The notes below the pieces were generated by a model. It ran no database searches and was not told where the DNA came from. It worked only from the letters and a program-made list of their open reading frames with translations. A program made the translations under genes and the position numbers. This document shows positions 52,579 to 64,000 of a stretch of 64,000 nucleotides of DNA, in pieces. Each line of letters opens with the position of its first letter. Position 1 is the stretch's first letter. This DNA is from Octopus sinensis (lineage: Eukaryota): assembly GCF_006345805.1 (NCBI RefSeq), contig NC_043004.1, positions 49,600,001-49,664,000 on the forward strand, written 5' to 3'.

Positions 52579-55345
52579 TCAGTCCCCTGCATATCACAAG
52601 CCTTTAATGAGAACTTGACACACTCCTTAAATTGCAGCCTTGGTTTCTGCCAGGGTGTCTTTCCATTCACAAGTTCCCCATACAGCATCTGCTTAGGGAT
52701 CCTACAGAGAGTAACTGATTCCTTCTGGACTCTTCAGTCTCATGTCTGGTCCCAGCATGGCATCACAACACAAACAAAAATTGCTGTGTACTGAAATCGC
52801 TCCTTTACTCATGTGAGACATGGACCCTTTACAAATGCCATGTAAGGGTCCTTGAATGCTTTCATCAGAGATATCTGCGACAGATACTGAATGTTGGCTG
52901 GACCTTAAAAACTTCAGACACACAGGTCTTGAGGACAGCTGATTTATTGAGTATTGAGGCGATGGTGCACAAGCACTAGTTACGTTGGACTGGACACCTT
53001 ATTAGAATAAAGGATAACAGGATATATATAAATATAAACACACACCCACATATATTTATACACACACACACACACATGCACATCTATGTGCATAGATGCA
53101 TATATATATAAATAGATACATATGCCAAAAGACATGCATGACGCAAAATTTTTATTACACCTATAATGTTTAAAAACTGTATTTTATAACCTTTTAAAAG
53201 AAATTGATTCCAATGTCTAACAATATTGCTTTCATCTTTATATGAGAATTACTTTTTACCCTCAATAAAAGAATCACTTTGTCACAGATTATAAAACTAT
53301 CAGTAAAAAGACATTGTGGAGAAATAAATGAACATGAGTTTCATTCCCAAGTGTTGTGCCATTTAAGTTAATCAGAACATTGATGTATATTGCTGTAGGG
53401 AGTCATAAAACCTAGCAAGAGACTTTGACAAATTAGTCTGTATTAAAAGTTCTTTATCAGATAACCTAGCTGCAATAATATAATAATAAAATCACAGACA
53501 TCTGTCAAGTTGTGGGGTGTGAACAGTGTGGGAACTTCACTGCCTAACAGTCGCTAATCCACTTGCTAATCATTGCTTTCAGGAAATATTTCAGTAGAAT
53601 AGAAATAATAAAGCAATAACTACATAAAAAATATTTTCTATAGAGAGCTAATAATTACCTTTATAGTTATTTTATGACTTATTTATATTTAATGATTAGC
53701 AGCTGAGCTTTATATATATAATTGAACTGATGTTGGAAGAAAAACAGACATTACTGTCAAAAAAGGCAGTGTGTTGTCTTGCAATTTTTGATTAAAAATG
53801 ATATTTGCTTGGAATTAATTGATATTAAATATATAACTGAATAATCTTCAGTTGCAAAAAATGTGCATTTTAACATTTTAATAGTTAAATAAACAACAAG
53901 CAATTCCTAAATATAAAATTAGTCATACAAAAATGAAGCAACTAAATACTTCAAGATATGTACCTAATTAAATGGGTACTGTTGTATTAAGGTACAATTT
54001 GCTTCTAAATCAAAAAGGGTTCTGTATGAAAAATGTAAATTTTTGCCATTGATCAAGAAAAAGCAATGAGAAACCACAGTTGTCTATTTGTATTATTCTA
54101 AGAAGACATAACTAGAGTCTCCACTGGTGTTTCAGTAGGTTATGAGATATTTTATACAAACGACACGGGACAATTAGAATATTTTGAGATTTAAAAGATG
54201 AAATTTAAAAGATGACGAACTATTTTAGATGTGTAGAAATACTATAAAGAAGAAATACTGAAATTTTCTGTGAATATACATATTCAAATGATTTTTAAAT
54301 TTTAATTCAATTTCTCACTCTTTTTAGTATTCACTATTGTTATTGGAGTTATAGCAACAAAAATTCAATGTTACCATTCATGTTGAAGCCATTTTGCTTT
54401 CTTGAGGTTGTTGCATAGATCCAGTACATTTAGGTTAGTAGGCATGGATAGGCACAAATATGGCTACATGGTTAAGAAATTTACTTCCCAAGCACATAGA
54501 TTCAAATTCTACTATGTAGTACCTTGGGTAAGTGACTTCTGAAGAAGCCCTGGGTCAACCAAAGCCTTGTGAATGGATTTGGTAGATGGAAAAAAAAAAT
54601 GGAAGAAGCCTATTATATATTTATCTATGTGTGAGAGTTTGTTTCTTTGTCTTGACATTACATGATAGTTATAAATGAATGTCAGTGTCCCTCATTTCCA
54701 GTCTTCTGTCCTACCATGAAATAATTATCTTGCTTGGATACAGTTGAGGGTTGGTAATGAGAAAGGCATTTGGCCATAGAAAACTACCTGAACAAATTCT
54801 GACTGATCTATGCATGCATGATAAAGGGAATGCTAAACTAATGATGAAGAAAAATCCTGTGGAATATTAAGACAATATTTTGGTACTTTTTGAATCTATT
54901 TGAGTGCAATAGTTGTTTAGCACAGAAGAAAAAAAAACGAGTATAATTAAGCTAGTGTGTGCCTTGTTTTCTATTGTGGGCAGTTTTCTTCCTCATTGAT
55001 AATGATAGACAGCACCTTAAATTACCTCCACAATCACCAGATAGTGGAAATTTTTCAATGGTTTTTCCATTGTTGCCGAATTTCTAAATGAGTTTTTTTT
55101 TTTTTGCTGAACTTTTGAAAATAGAGTTGGCATTATTTACCAACTTGTTGCTCTGATTTGAAGATAATAGGTGATATGAATGACTTCTGTTCCAACATTT
55201 AGCTAGGTAAAATAAAACCAGAGATGGGAGTGTGGTTGTATTTTCAGTGATTTTGCTTCATGGTGGAGATGATCACCAGCTGTCATTCTTTGACAATCCA
55301 TGACTATTCTAAGAATTGTTACAGATAGCAACTTGCATTTTTATA

Positions 55346-55987
55346 TATAAGGTTTGGCTGAAAAGCTCATAGGCTGACCAAGATATACTTAGAATGTGAC
55401 CAAATGAGGTTTATTTTTCAACATAGACCTCCCTGCAGTCCACATACTCCTTCCACCAGAGTTGCAGTGCTTGGATCCCATTAATAAAGTAGCTTTCATC
55501 CTGTTGGTAAAAAAAAAAGTCATCAACAGCACTGGAGAACAGAGGATAATCAGATGGGACCAAAACCAAGGACTTGTGAGCTGGAGCATTGTCCTGATGA
55601 AACAAGACCCTTTTCATGAGTTTTCCTGGGTGTTTGGTCTTGACAACCTTTCATAACTGCCTTAACAAGTTGGCATAGCATGCTCCATTGATGGTGTGAT
55701 CCTTCTGAGATAGCCAACAATGCTTTCAGCATCCCAGAAAACTGAGGCCATCTTCCCTGCAGATGAAACAACCTTAGCTTTCTTTGGAATAGGTGAGGAG
55801 GAGTGTTTCAATTGCATGAATTGTCTCTTTGTCTCTGGCTCAAAATGATGAAGCCAACATACAACTTTGGTTAGAAAACGCTCAAGGAAACCAGCCTCAA
55901 ACAACATCAGATTTTCCTGTGATGGGTCAGCCCAGTGTTTTTGATCAGGTACCAAAAGACCTATGAACTTTTCAGCCCATCCTTGTA
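55346..55987 (-). mobile_element. Internally deleted mariner with both TIRs
   Basis: WLHHFEPETKRQFMQLKHSSSPIPKKAKVVSSAGKMASVFWDAE and FHQDNAPAHKS. TIRs taaggtttggctgaaaagctcatagg and cctatgaacttttcagcccatccttg, TA-flanked. Confidence 0.85.
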
Positions 55988-56988
55988 TGTTGTGTCTAAT
56001 GCTCCACATTAGACTTGAATCCACTAACATCATCATCCACATTTTTATGTTCACTTTTTCTACGCTGGGTAGGTTTGGATAAGTTTGACAGCATCATCTT
56101 ACCACCCACTGCAGCCCCTTTGTCAACTGGAATGCACAGAAGTAAAAACAAAAAGCCAAGCTTGTTGTCATAATCATTGATATTTTCAGATATGTATATG
56201 AAAAATGAGGGTATAGATTTTCATACAGAGTTCCTCACATGCACACAACTCTAAATATTTTAGCTCAAGTATATACTGAGCACTTTAATGTTCACATATT
56301 GAAAACAACAACATACACACAATGAATGTTACAAGAATGTAGAACTTACAAATATATTTTACATTTTAATAAAACGATATTATTAGATTTTAAGAAATTT
56401 CTTACTTTATTTGTTCTCTGGAATTATCTTCTGATTAATATTTATTGTTGAGAGTACAAATAGTCAAGTGGAAAGGATATTAGACAAACAACTGAGAGGT
56501 TGGTAGTTCAGGTCCTGTGTATTCATGACTAAAAGCTTTATTCTTAAAATGTGTACTGCACAAAACTTGAAATTTTGTGAAGGTAAAAAGTTACCACCAC
56601 TCTCAGAATTGGTTTGGTAAAATTAAGAAGTGTTAAGTTCCTCAAGGAGTTTTAGAGAAAGACACTCTAGTATAAACCTCAGATCAGAATACGTCAGGTC
56701 AATAATTGTTTTGACTTGACTTGCTATAAGAATCTGATGGCGGACAGGCTTCAAGTGTATGAAAGAAAAAACATTTAGAATTAAGTGAAGATCTTCCTTA
56801 GACACAAAAGAGAGCCACTATGTTATCACTCAATTTAACCAAGTCTCAATCACAAGTTGTGCAAAAGTTAAGAGTTTCAAAAGATTTCAGAATATTTAAT
56901 GAGAGGGAGGTGGATTCCTGTAAGACATTTATTTTAGGAAGACACATATTTCAAAATTATAAGTATAAAACTACTTGCTTATAAATTT

Positions 56989-57145
56989 AGGTGTGACTGT
57001 GTGGTAAGAAGCTTGCTTCCCAACCATATGGTTCCAGGCTCAGTCCCACTGCATGGCACTCTGGGCATGTGTCTTCTACTATAGCCTTGGGCCAACCAAA
57101 GCCTTGGGAGTGGATTTGGTAGATGGAAACTGAAAGAAGCATGTC

Positions 57146-57178
<33 letters not shown>

Positions 57179-57210
57179 CACACACACATATATATGTGCA
57201 TATGCAAATA

Positions 57211-57246
<36 letters not shown>

Positions 57247-57455
57247 CACACACACATATATATGTGCATATGCAAATATGTGTGTGTGTGTGTGTATTTG
57301 TCCCCCCACCATCGTTTGACAACTGATATCGGTGTATTTATGTCCCTGTAACTTAGCAGTTTAGCAAAGGAGATTGACAGAATAGAGGCTTACAAGGAAT
57401 AAGTCTTGGGGTCAATTCATGGCTGCAGTCAAATGACTGAAACAAGTAAAAGAAT
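56989..57455 (+). mobile_element. CORE-like tRNA SINE with internal microsatellite (others at about 31790, 39240, 54450, 58330-58730)
   Basis: Head ggtgtgactgtgtggtaagaagcttgcttccc...ggctcagtccc; CORE-like ct(c/t)gggca(t/a)gtgtctt; tail gcagtcaaatgactgaaacaagtaaaag. Confidence 0.8.
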
Positions 57456-58753
57456 ATGATACAGTTTTTTAATTGAAAGAAATTTTCAAGAAAGAATAAC
57501 AAAAACAAAAAATACTAAAGGAGGCAATCATCATCATCACCTCAACATCTATTCTTTTTCTGATAACAGGGATTGGAGTGGTTAAGTACAGAGCAAATTT
57601 TTAAAATACTATCCAATATTATTATTTTCATTGTTGTTGCTTTGTTTTATACAAGCTGTTCAGAGTCTCACACAGAGATTTCAAATAACAGCAAGTTGGA
57701 GGTTTTACAGTGCATGTTATCTATGATTCATCATCATCATCATCATTTAATGTCTGTTTTCTATGCAGGCATGAGCTGGACAGTTTGACAGGAGCTGACC
57801 AGCTGATGGGCTGTTCAGGCTCCATGTATATTTTGGCATGGATTCTATGGTTGGATGCGCTCCCTAATGACAACCACTTTACAGAGTGAACTAGGTGCTT
57901 TTTATGTGGCACCAACACTTATGAGCCTGTAAGATTAGGGATGCTCAGCTGGTGAGGGTTGTAGGGGATGAGCTGTATGCAAGGGCAACCACGCTTTTAC
58001 TTAGCTTGACATGCCAAGTACAGCAAACCACCTAGAGTCTCGGTCCTCTGTCATCCCCTCAAGAGATCCATCCGTAGATCCTTTCTCACCACTTTGTCCC
58101 ATTTCTTCCTGGGTCTACCTCTTCCCCAAGCTCCCTCTATAATTAGAGATTGGCACCTCTTGATGCAACTGTCTTCATTCATACACATTACATGGCCATA
58201 CCAGTGAAGTCTTTTCTCTTGCATGTTTCACCTGATGGAGAGATGACTAATGATGTCTAAGTCCTAAAGATTTGTAATGAATAATACATACATATTATTA
58301 TTATTTGAAAAGAGACTGAAAAATAAGTTTTGTGCTTCCCAACTACATGGTTCTGGGTTCAGTCCCTCTGCATGGTACTTTGGGCAAGTGTTTTGGGCTG
58401 ACCAAACCCTTGTGAGTGGATTTGGTAGACAGAAACTGAAAGAAGTATGTCATATATCATCATCATCATCATCATTTAACGTCTGCTTTCCATGCTAGCA
58501 TGGGATATATATATATATATATGTGTGTGTGTCTTTCTGTGTTTGTCCCCTCACCCACCACTTGACAGCTGGTGTTGGTGTGATTGCATCCCCATAATTT
58601 AGTGGTCTGACAAAAGAGAAAGAATAAATATCAGGTTTAAAAAATAAGTACTAGTGTTGATACATTCGACTAAAAATTCAAGTGATGCCCCAACATGGCT
58701 GCAGTCTAATGAATTAAACAAGTAAAAGAGAAATATATATATATATATATATA

Positions 58754-60935
58754 CTAGCAGAGATACCCGGCATTGCTAAGGATTAAAATGGCCTAGTTTG
58801 TATATATACATTATAGTTTTTTGAAACACTTGATATGGAAAAGTGCAGCATTAACAACAAAATATTTGTGGAGTAAATTATAGGCTAATTCAACTGAGCG
58901 ACATGTCATGTGTCCGTTTAGAGTATTCCAAGCCGTAACCTGTCATGGAAAATTTGAGTTGGGGGTTATGTGATTTTTAAATGCACTGCAAAGCTGTCAG
59001 TGCATATACTTTCTTTGGCAGCATTCGGCACTGTGTCTAACACGACCCATTATCAGAAGTTTTGATACCTCCTTCAGGTTTGTTGTCCTACGTCACTCAA
59101 AGTAAATTTGGCGGAACTGTGGGTGTTCATTTGTGGGTAACAAGGGAAACAATGAGGTGATAGACTTGCCCTTGAACTTTGAATGTTAGCATAAATCCAT
59201 GTTCAACTATTTCCTTAGATGCACCAAATGATGTCATTTGAGATGCAGGGTTGTATTGTGTGATATTGTTCAGAAAATCCTTTGACTGGATGGAAGTGCC
59301 TTCCAGAAAATCTATAAGAGGTTGAAGAGGAGCTCAATTTTACCTTACCACTTGAGTAGCACATGCCATTAGTTTCATTTGGAAATTTTAAAGCTTTGCA
59401 GAAACGACAATTTGAACAAAATTGTCATTTTTATAAGAATGGAATGGATCATATCTGAAAGCAGCTCCAGGAGTTGTGGAGAAAGAATTTGTACACAGTC
59501 TGATTCTGAGAGCTGTTCTATTGGACCTGTGTCTAAATATTAAAACATTCTTTTAATGATTCAGCATTAAGTGCTGCAGCACGCATTTGTTTCTCTTGGT
59601 AAAGTCTCATCTCCCTTATCTCTTGAGACTTCATTTGACGTGCTGCAGGATACCTTTGCTGATCTTAAGACAGTCTCATCTCGCTTCTGTTTTGAGACCA
59701 CAATTGATATGCTGCAGCATGTGTTAGCTGATCTTGGGAAAGTCTCATCATGCTTCGCTTTGAGACTCCATGCATTGACGTGCCTCAGGATACCTTTGCT
59801 GATCTTAAGACAGTCTCATCTCGCTTCTGTTTTGAGACCACAATTGATATGCTGCAGCATGTGTTAGCTGATCTTGGGAAAGTCTCATCATGCTTCGCTT
59901 TGAGACTCCATGCATTGACGTGCCTCAGCATACATTTTCTGATCTTGAGACAGTCTCATCTCGCTTCTGTTTTGAGACCACAATTGATATGCTGCAGCAT
60001 GTGTTAGCTGATCTTGGGAAAGTCTCATCATGCTTCGCTTTGAGACTCCATGCATTGACGTGCCTCAGCATACATTTTCTGATCTTGAGACAGTCTCATC
60101 TCGCTTCTGTTTTGAGACCACAATTGATATGCTGCAGCATGTGTTAGCTGATCTTGGGAAAGTCTCATCATGCTTCGCTTTGAGACTCCATGCATTGATG
60201 TGCCTCAGCATACATTTTCTGATCTTGAGACAGTCTCATCTCGCTTCTGTTTTGAGACCACAATTGATATGCTGCAGCATGTGTTAGCTGATCTTGGGAA
60301 AGTCTCATCATGCTTCGCTTTGAGACTCCATGCATTGACGTGCCTCAGCATACATTTTCTGATCTTGAGACAGTCTCATCTCGCTTCTGTTTTGAGACCA
60401 CAATTGATATGCTGCAGCATGTGTTAGCTGATCTTGGGAAAGTCTCATCATGCTTCGCTTTGAGACTCCATGCATTGACGTGCCTCAGCATACATTTTCT
60501 GATCTTAAAACAGTCTCATCTCGCTTCTGTTTTGAGACCCCATTTGATGCATTGTAGCATGTGTTTGCTGATCTTCGAAAAAGTTTCATCTCCCTTCTTT
60601 TGACATGCTGCCGCATGCATTTACTGTTGTTCTGAAAGTCTCATAAATATAACAGAAATAAGACGATCTTCGTGTTATTGCATTAGAATTAAAAGTGTAA
60701 CAATAATCACATTACAATGTAGATCTTTCACTTTTGACATGTAATACCGAACCAGTGCCAATGTTATATTGTTTTAATCCAAATGAAAAATATTTCATGT
60801 TGATACTCACGGGGTCTGATACTATTACCTTGTAAAATTTAATTTCATTTGGTTGAACTGTTTGAGAATGCAGAGGGAACAGAGATACAAAGAATGATAT
60901 ATATATATATATATATGTATGTATATATATTGAAA
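58754..60935 (-). mobile_element. Internally deleted Helitron (RepHel N-terminal relic)
   Basis: 3' end GC-rich quasi-hairpin then CTAG|T at 58757-58754. Minus-strand peptides AAFRYDP, CRFCKALKFPNETNGMCYSSGKV, SKDFLNNITQYNPASQMTSFGA, TFKVQGQVYHLI, PQFRQIYF are conserved RepHel N-terminal motifs. The 5' boundary is inferred. Confidence 0.85.
59570..60600. repeat. 140-bp higher-order tandem repeat (71+69 bp subunits), about 7 copies
   Basis: ORF starts recur every 140 bp (59750, 59890, 60030, 60170, 60310); subunit lengths counted by hand. Confidence 0.97.
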
Positions 60936-61949
60936 AGAAGATGAAGAATAAGTTTTGAAAAGTTGTGACTCGCATACCTTTCATGAATATATAATTTCTA
61001 TTTTCATAAAATATGACATAAAGTTTGAAAGAACTACTTTAACAAAAACTATCTTAAAACCAGCAATTAGTAATATTAGTAATAGAAATCTTTCCAACAG
61101 TTTTAATTCCTAAGAAAAAAGCCAGTTACACGTTAAAAAATATTAGGCTTATATTGAAAGAAGGGAAACCTATTGAAACTACACACGTGTACACAGTAAA
61201 TTTAACAACAACATACAGAAAATTATATACTTTCTCAGATATATATATATTCAACAGTAATAATTTAATAATAGGGGAACTGTTTGCAACAATAATAATT
61301 ATTAGTTTTATTGGTGTTAGTAATTCATTGCCTGTGTGAAAGAAAAACAATAAGACGAACCATGCAGTGGATGACAGACGACCGTAAACACAAGAGACAG
61401 GCTGGCTCGTAATAATAGTGGTGGTAGTGAGAGAGAGAGAGAGAGAGTGTGTGACAGAGGCAGGCTAAAGAAAGAGGGAGAGAGAGAGAGAGAAAAAGAG
61501 GCTAAAGAGAGGGAATGAGAGACAGACTAAAGAGAAAGAGAAAGGGACGGGTTGAAAGCGTGGTGAGATAGAGAGGAAATAAAAGAAGTGAAGATTTGGA
61601 GAGAGAAAAGTGGATAAAGGAGAGTAAAAGATTAAAGGAGGGGAATATATGCGTGCGTCACTCTCTCTCTCTATCTATCTATCTATTTCTCTCTCTCTCT
61701 CTCTACATATATATATATATATATATGAAGGGAGATAAAGGATAAAGGTGGGTAAAAGTTTAGAGATAGAGTAAATTAAAGGAGCCGAGTGAGTGAGATA
61801 AGTGAGCATGTTTGTATAAAAAAAAAGACCCCTAAAAGCAGCAGGTTTGATACAAGACAAAGCATTAAGCAGAAAGGGAGAAAGAGGCAGGGGAGGAGGA
61901 GGAGGAGGAGAGCAACAACTTGGTGAAACATGTAGGAGAGGGTGGTAAG

Positions 61950-62700
61950 GTAAGTGTTGGCAGCACGGTTCTCTCATAACCCTGTTGACGGAGGGGAGGA
62001 AGGGACTGTAATTATGAGAGGAGAGAGAGATAGAGAGAGAGAGAGAGGGGGTATAGCAGTCGGCGGTTGAGGCAACATTGAACGTATAAGATTGGCGGGT
62101 GGACGGGTGGGTTTGTGTTGGTGGAGAAACCGAGCCGCCGGAACAATAACACCAGCAATACTAACAACAACGGCAAGCAGGCGAGGAGAGAGCGGCAGTG
62201 GTAGAGATGTGGTGATTGCGTCGGTAATAGATTAACTCCCAGAGCCCTGACAGAACTTCTAGACGCGTGTATGTTTATACATAAATAGCTAATTGGATGA
62301 ATTAATGATTGGCAATTTATTGCAGCTAATTAACAAATTACGATCAATCTAGCATAATTAATCATGTGAGTTGGGAAGAAAGCAATTATTTAATTAAATT
62401 GAATTCGTATTATTAAATAATAATAATAATAATAAAGAAAGTCTTTGTATCACTGAAGACTTGGGTTTAGGATTGTTTTGTGCGACATTCCAGAACCTGC
62501 CTTTCATCAGTGTTTGGTTTTCATTGGTAAAAATTGAACATTTTTCATAGACGACGAAGAGGATACAAGTTAGAAATGTCAACACCACAACGTTGCTGAG
62601 ATAAACAGATCTGTAACTGGGGTCGAAGACGTTGAATGACAATTCAGTGGCGTCGACCAATGGCAGATGAGCTGTGTGGTAACCATGGCAACAAACGACA
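61950..62700. promoter_or_regulatory. Candidate promoter/5' UTR region with X-box, CCAAT and E-box
   Basis: CpG-enriched. GTAACCATGGCAAC at 62679-62692 is a perfect RFX X-box; CCAAT 62657-62661; CAGATG 62664-62669. Confidence 0.5.
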
Positions 62701-62759
62701 GCAATATCTATAAACACAAACAAGATCAGAACCAAGTGGTCGGCACAGGTGGTTATAGG

Positions 62760-62807
62760 CTACATGCATACATACACACACACACACATACACGCATACA
62801 TACATTC

Positions 62808-62856
<49 letters not shown>

Positions 62857-63090
62857 CACACATACATACATGCATACATACATATATACATACATATATA
62901 CATACATATATATATACATACATATATACATACATATATACATGCATACATACATACATACATGTATACATATATACATACATACATATATACATGCATA
63001 CATACATATATACATGCATACATACATATATATACATGCATACATACATACATATATACATGCATACATATATGCATGCATACATACATA
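62760..63090. repeat. Degenerate (TACA)n/(TA)n/(CA)n compound microsatellite
   Basis: Visible in the sequence. Confidence 0.95.
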
Positions 63091-63112
63091 CCAATAATCA
63101 GCAGAAGTTAGA

Positions 63113-63186
63113 GTAACTCAAGGGACGAGAGTTTCGTACGTACCTGGGTACATATAGTCAGCTTAATCTATAGGAAGTTGAGTTAC
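63113..63186 (-). ncRNA. Compact hammerhead-like fold with a mutated core
   Basis: GTAACTCAA...AAG CTGACTA TATGTACC-CA-GGTACGTA C GAAAC TCTC GTC CC TTGAGTTAC. Confidence 0.45.
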
Positions 63187-63348
63187 GTTAAAAAAAAAAT
63201 CAATCTAAAATACTTTGTCTAAAATGGTTTTTCTTCTTGTCATTGAATTTACACACATACAAATAGATATCTTAATAACGTGTGCGTACGGACATATGCA
63301 TGTATTGTATGTACGTTGTATGTATGCATGTATATAATATATATATAT

Positions 63349-63395
<47 letters not shown>

Positions 63396-63511
63396 GAGGG
63401 CATTATTACACATAAATGCCACACGCTAGGAGGGACTTTCAAAGTCATTACTACCAAAAATAAACGAATCTTGTTAAGATTTCTTATTAAGATTTTATCC
63501 TTAATTGTTAA

Positions 63512-63547
<36 letters not shown>

Positions 63548-63609
63548 TCTTATTCTTTTACTTGTTTCAGTCATTTGACTGCGGCCATGCTGGAGCACAG
63601 TAGAACAAT

Positions 63610-63775
<166 letters not shown>

Positions 63776-64000
63776 GAAATGCACACAACAAACACAAAAA
63801 TTCATGCGTAAAAACAATTTTACTAACAGTTATTTACAAGTTTCACTGGTGGCTTTCTCAAAAACCGACGAAAAAAACAAAAATCAGAATTACTTCACGC
63901 ACGAATATATTAAGTGTATGGTGTTCAGTGAATAAACATTTTCAGATAATGGCAATAGATACTTATACCATTTATATCATAAGCAGTGACAGTGACCCTT

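Noticed and set aside
56623-56805. Helical-looking ORF (PVRHQILIASQVKTIIDLTYSDLRF...) as a terminal exon
   Set aside because: A plausible acceptor exists but there is no linkable partner exon or recognisable motif; too weak to call.
59570-60600. CRISPR-like array
   Set aside because: No unique spacers, whole units repeat, eukaryotic context, no cas genes; explained by Helitron coding repeats.
61126-61350. Hydrophobic ORF resembling a transmembrane segment
   Set aside because: The Ile/Leu richness follows from ATT/TTA low-complexity DNA; no family motif.

Overview
Eukaryotic, very AT-rich, repeat-dense DNA. The SINE, LINE and MITE families and the long (TA)n/(TG)n/(CA)n/(AG)n tracts match what I recall from octopus (coleoid cephalopod) genomes; this is inference, no database search was run. 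I found no rRNA, tRNA gene or CRISPR array, and no long intact host ORF. Most ORF-track entries are transposon relics or microsatellite artefacts. Recognisable elements: RTE-clade LINE copies with a (GAT)n-tailed 3' UTR, CR1-clade LINE fragments, two Penelope-like (PLE) relics, Tc1 and mariner derivatives, several MITEs, at least three tRNA-derived SINE families, and an internally deleted Helitron whose coding repeats have become a 140-bp satellite. Host-gene signal is limited to short candidate exons: a phase-compatible chain on the minus strand (about 21.3 kb to 4.8 kb, product not identified) and a few plus-strand exons. A candidate promoter with a perfect RFX X-box lies at 62.68 kb. Most interesting: (i) four hammerhead-ribozyme-like folds on the minus strand (36.1, 41.7, 44.3, 63.1 kb), all apparently degenerate; (ii) two long foldback inverted duplications of otherwise unique sequence (12.0-12.7 kb, 37.8-38.4 kb); (iii) the Helitron-derived satellite, amplified after a frameshift; (iv) a mariner with two 3' ends; (v) a 3' stem-loop shared by a SINE and a CR1 LINE with compensatory changes. 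Repeat boundaries are approximate, read by eye.
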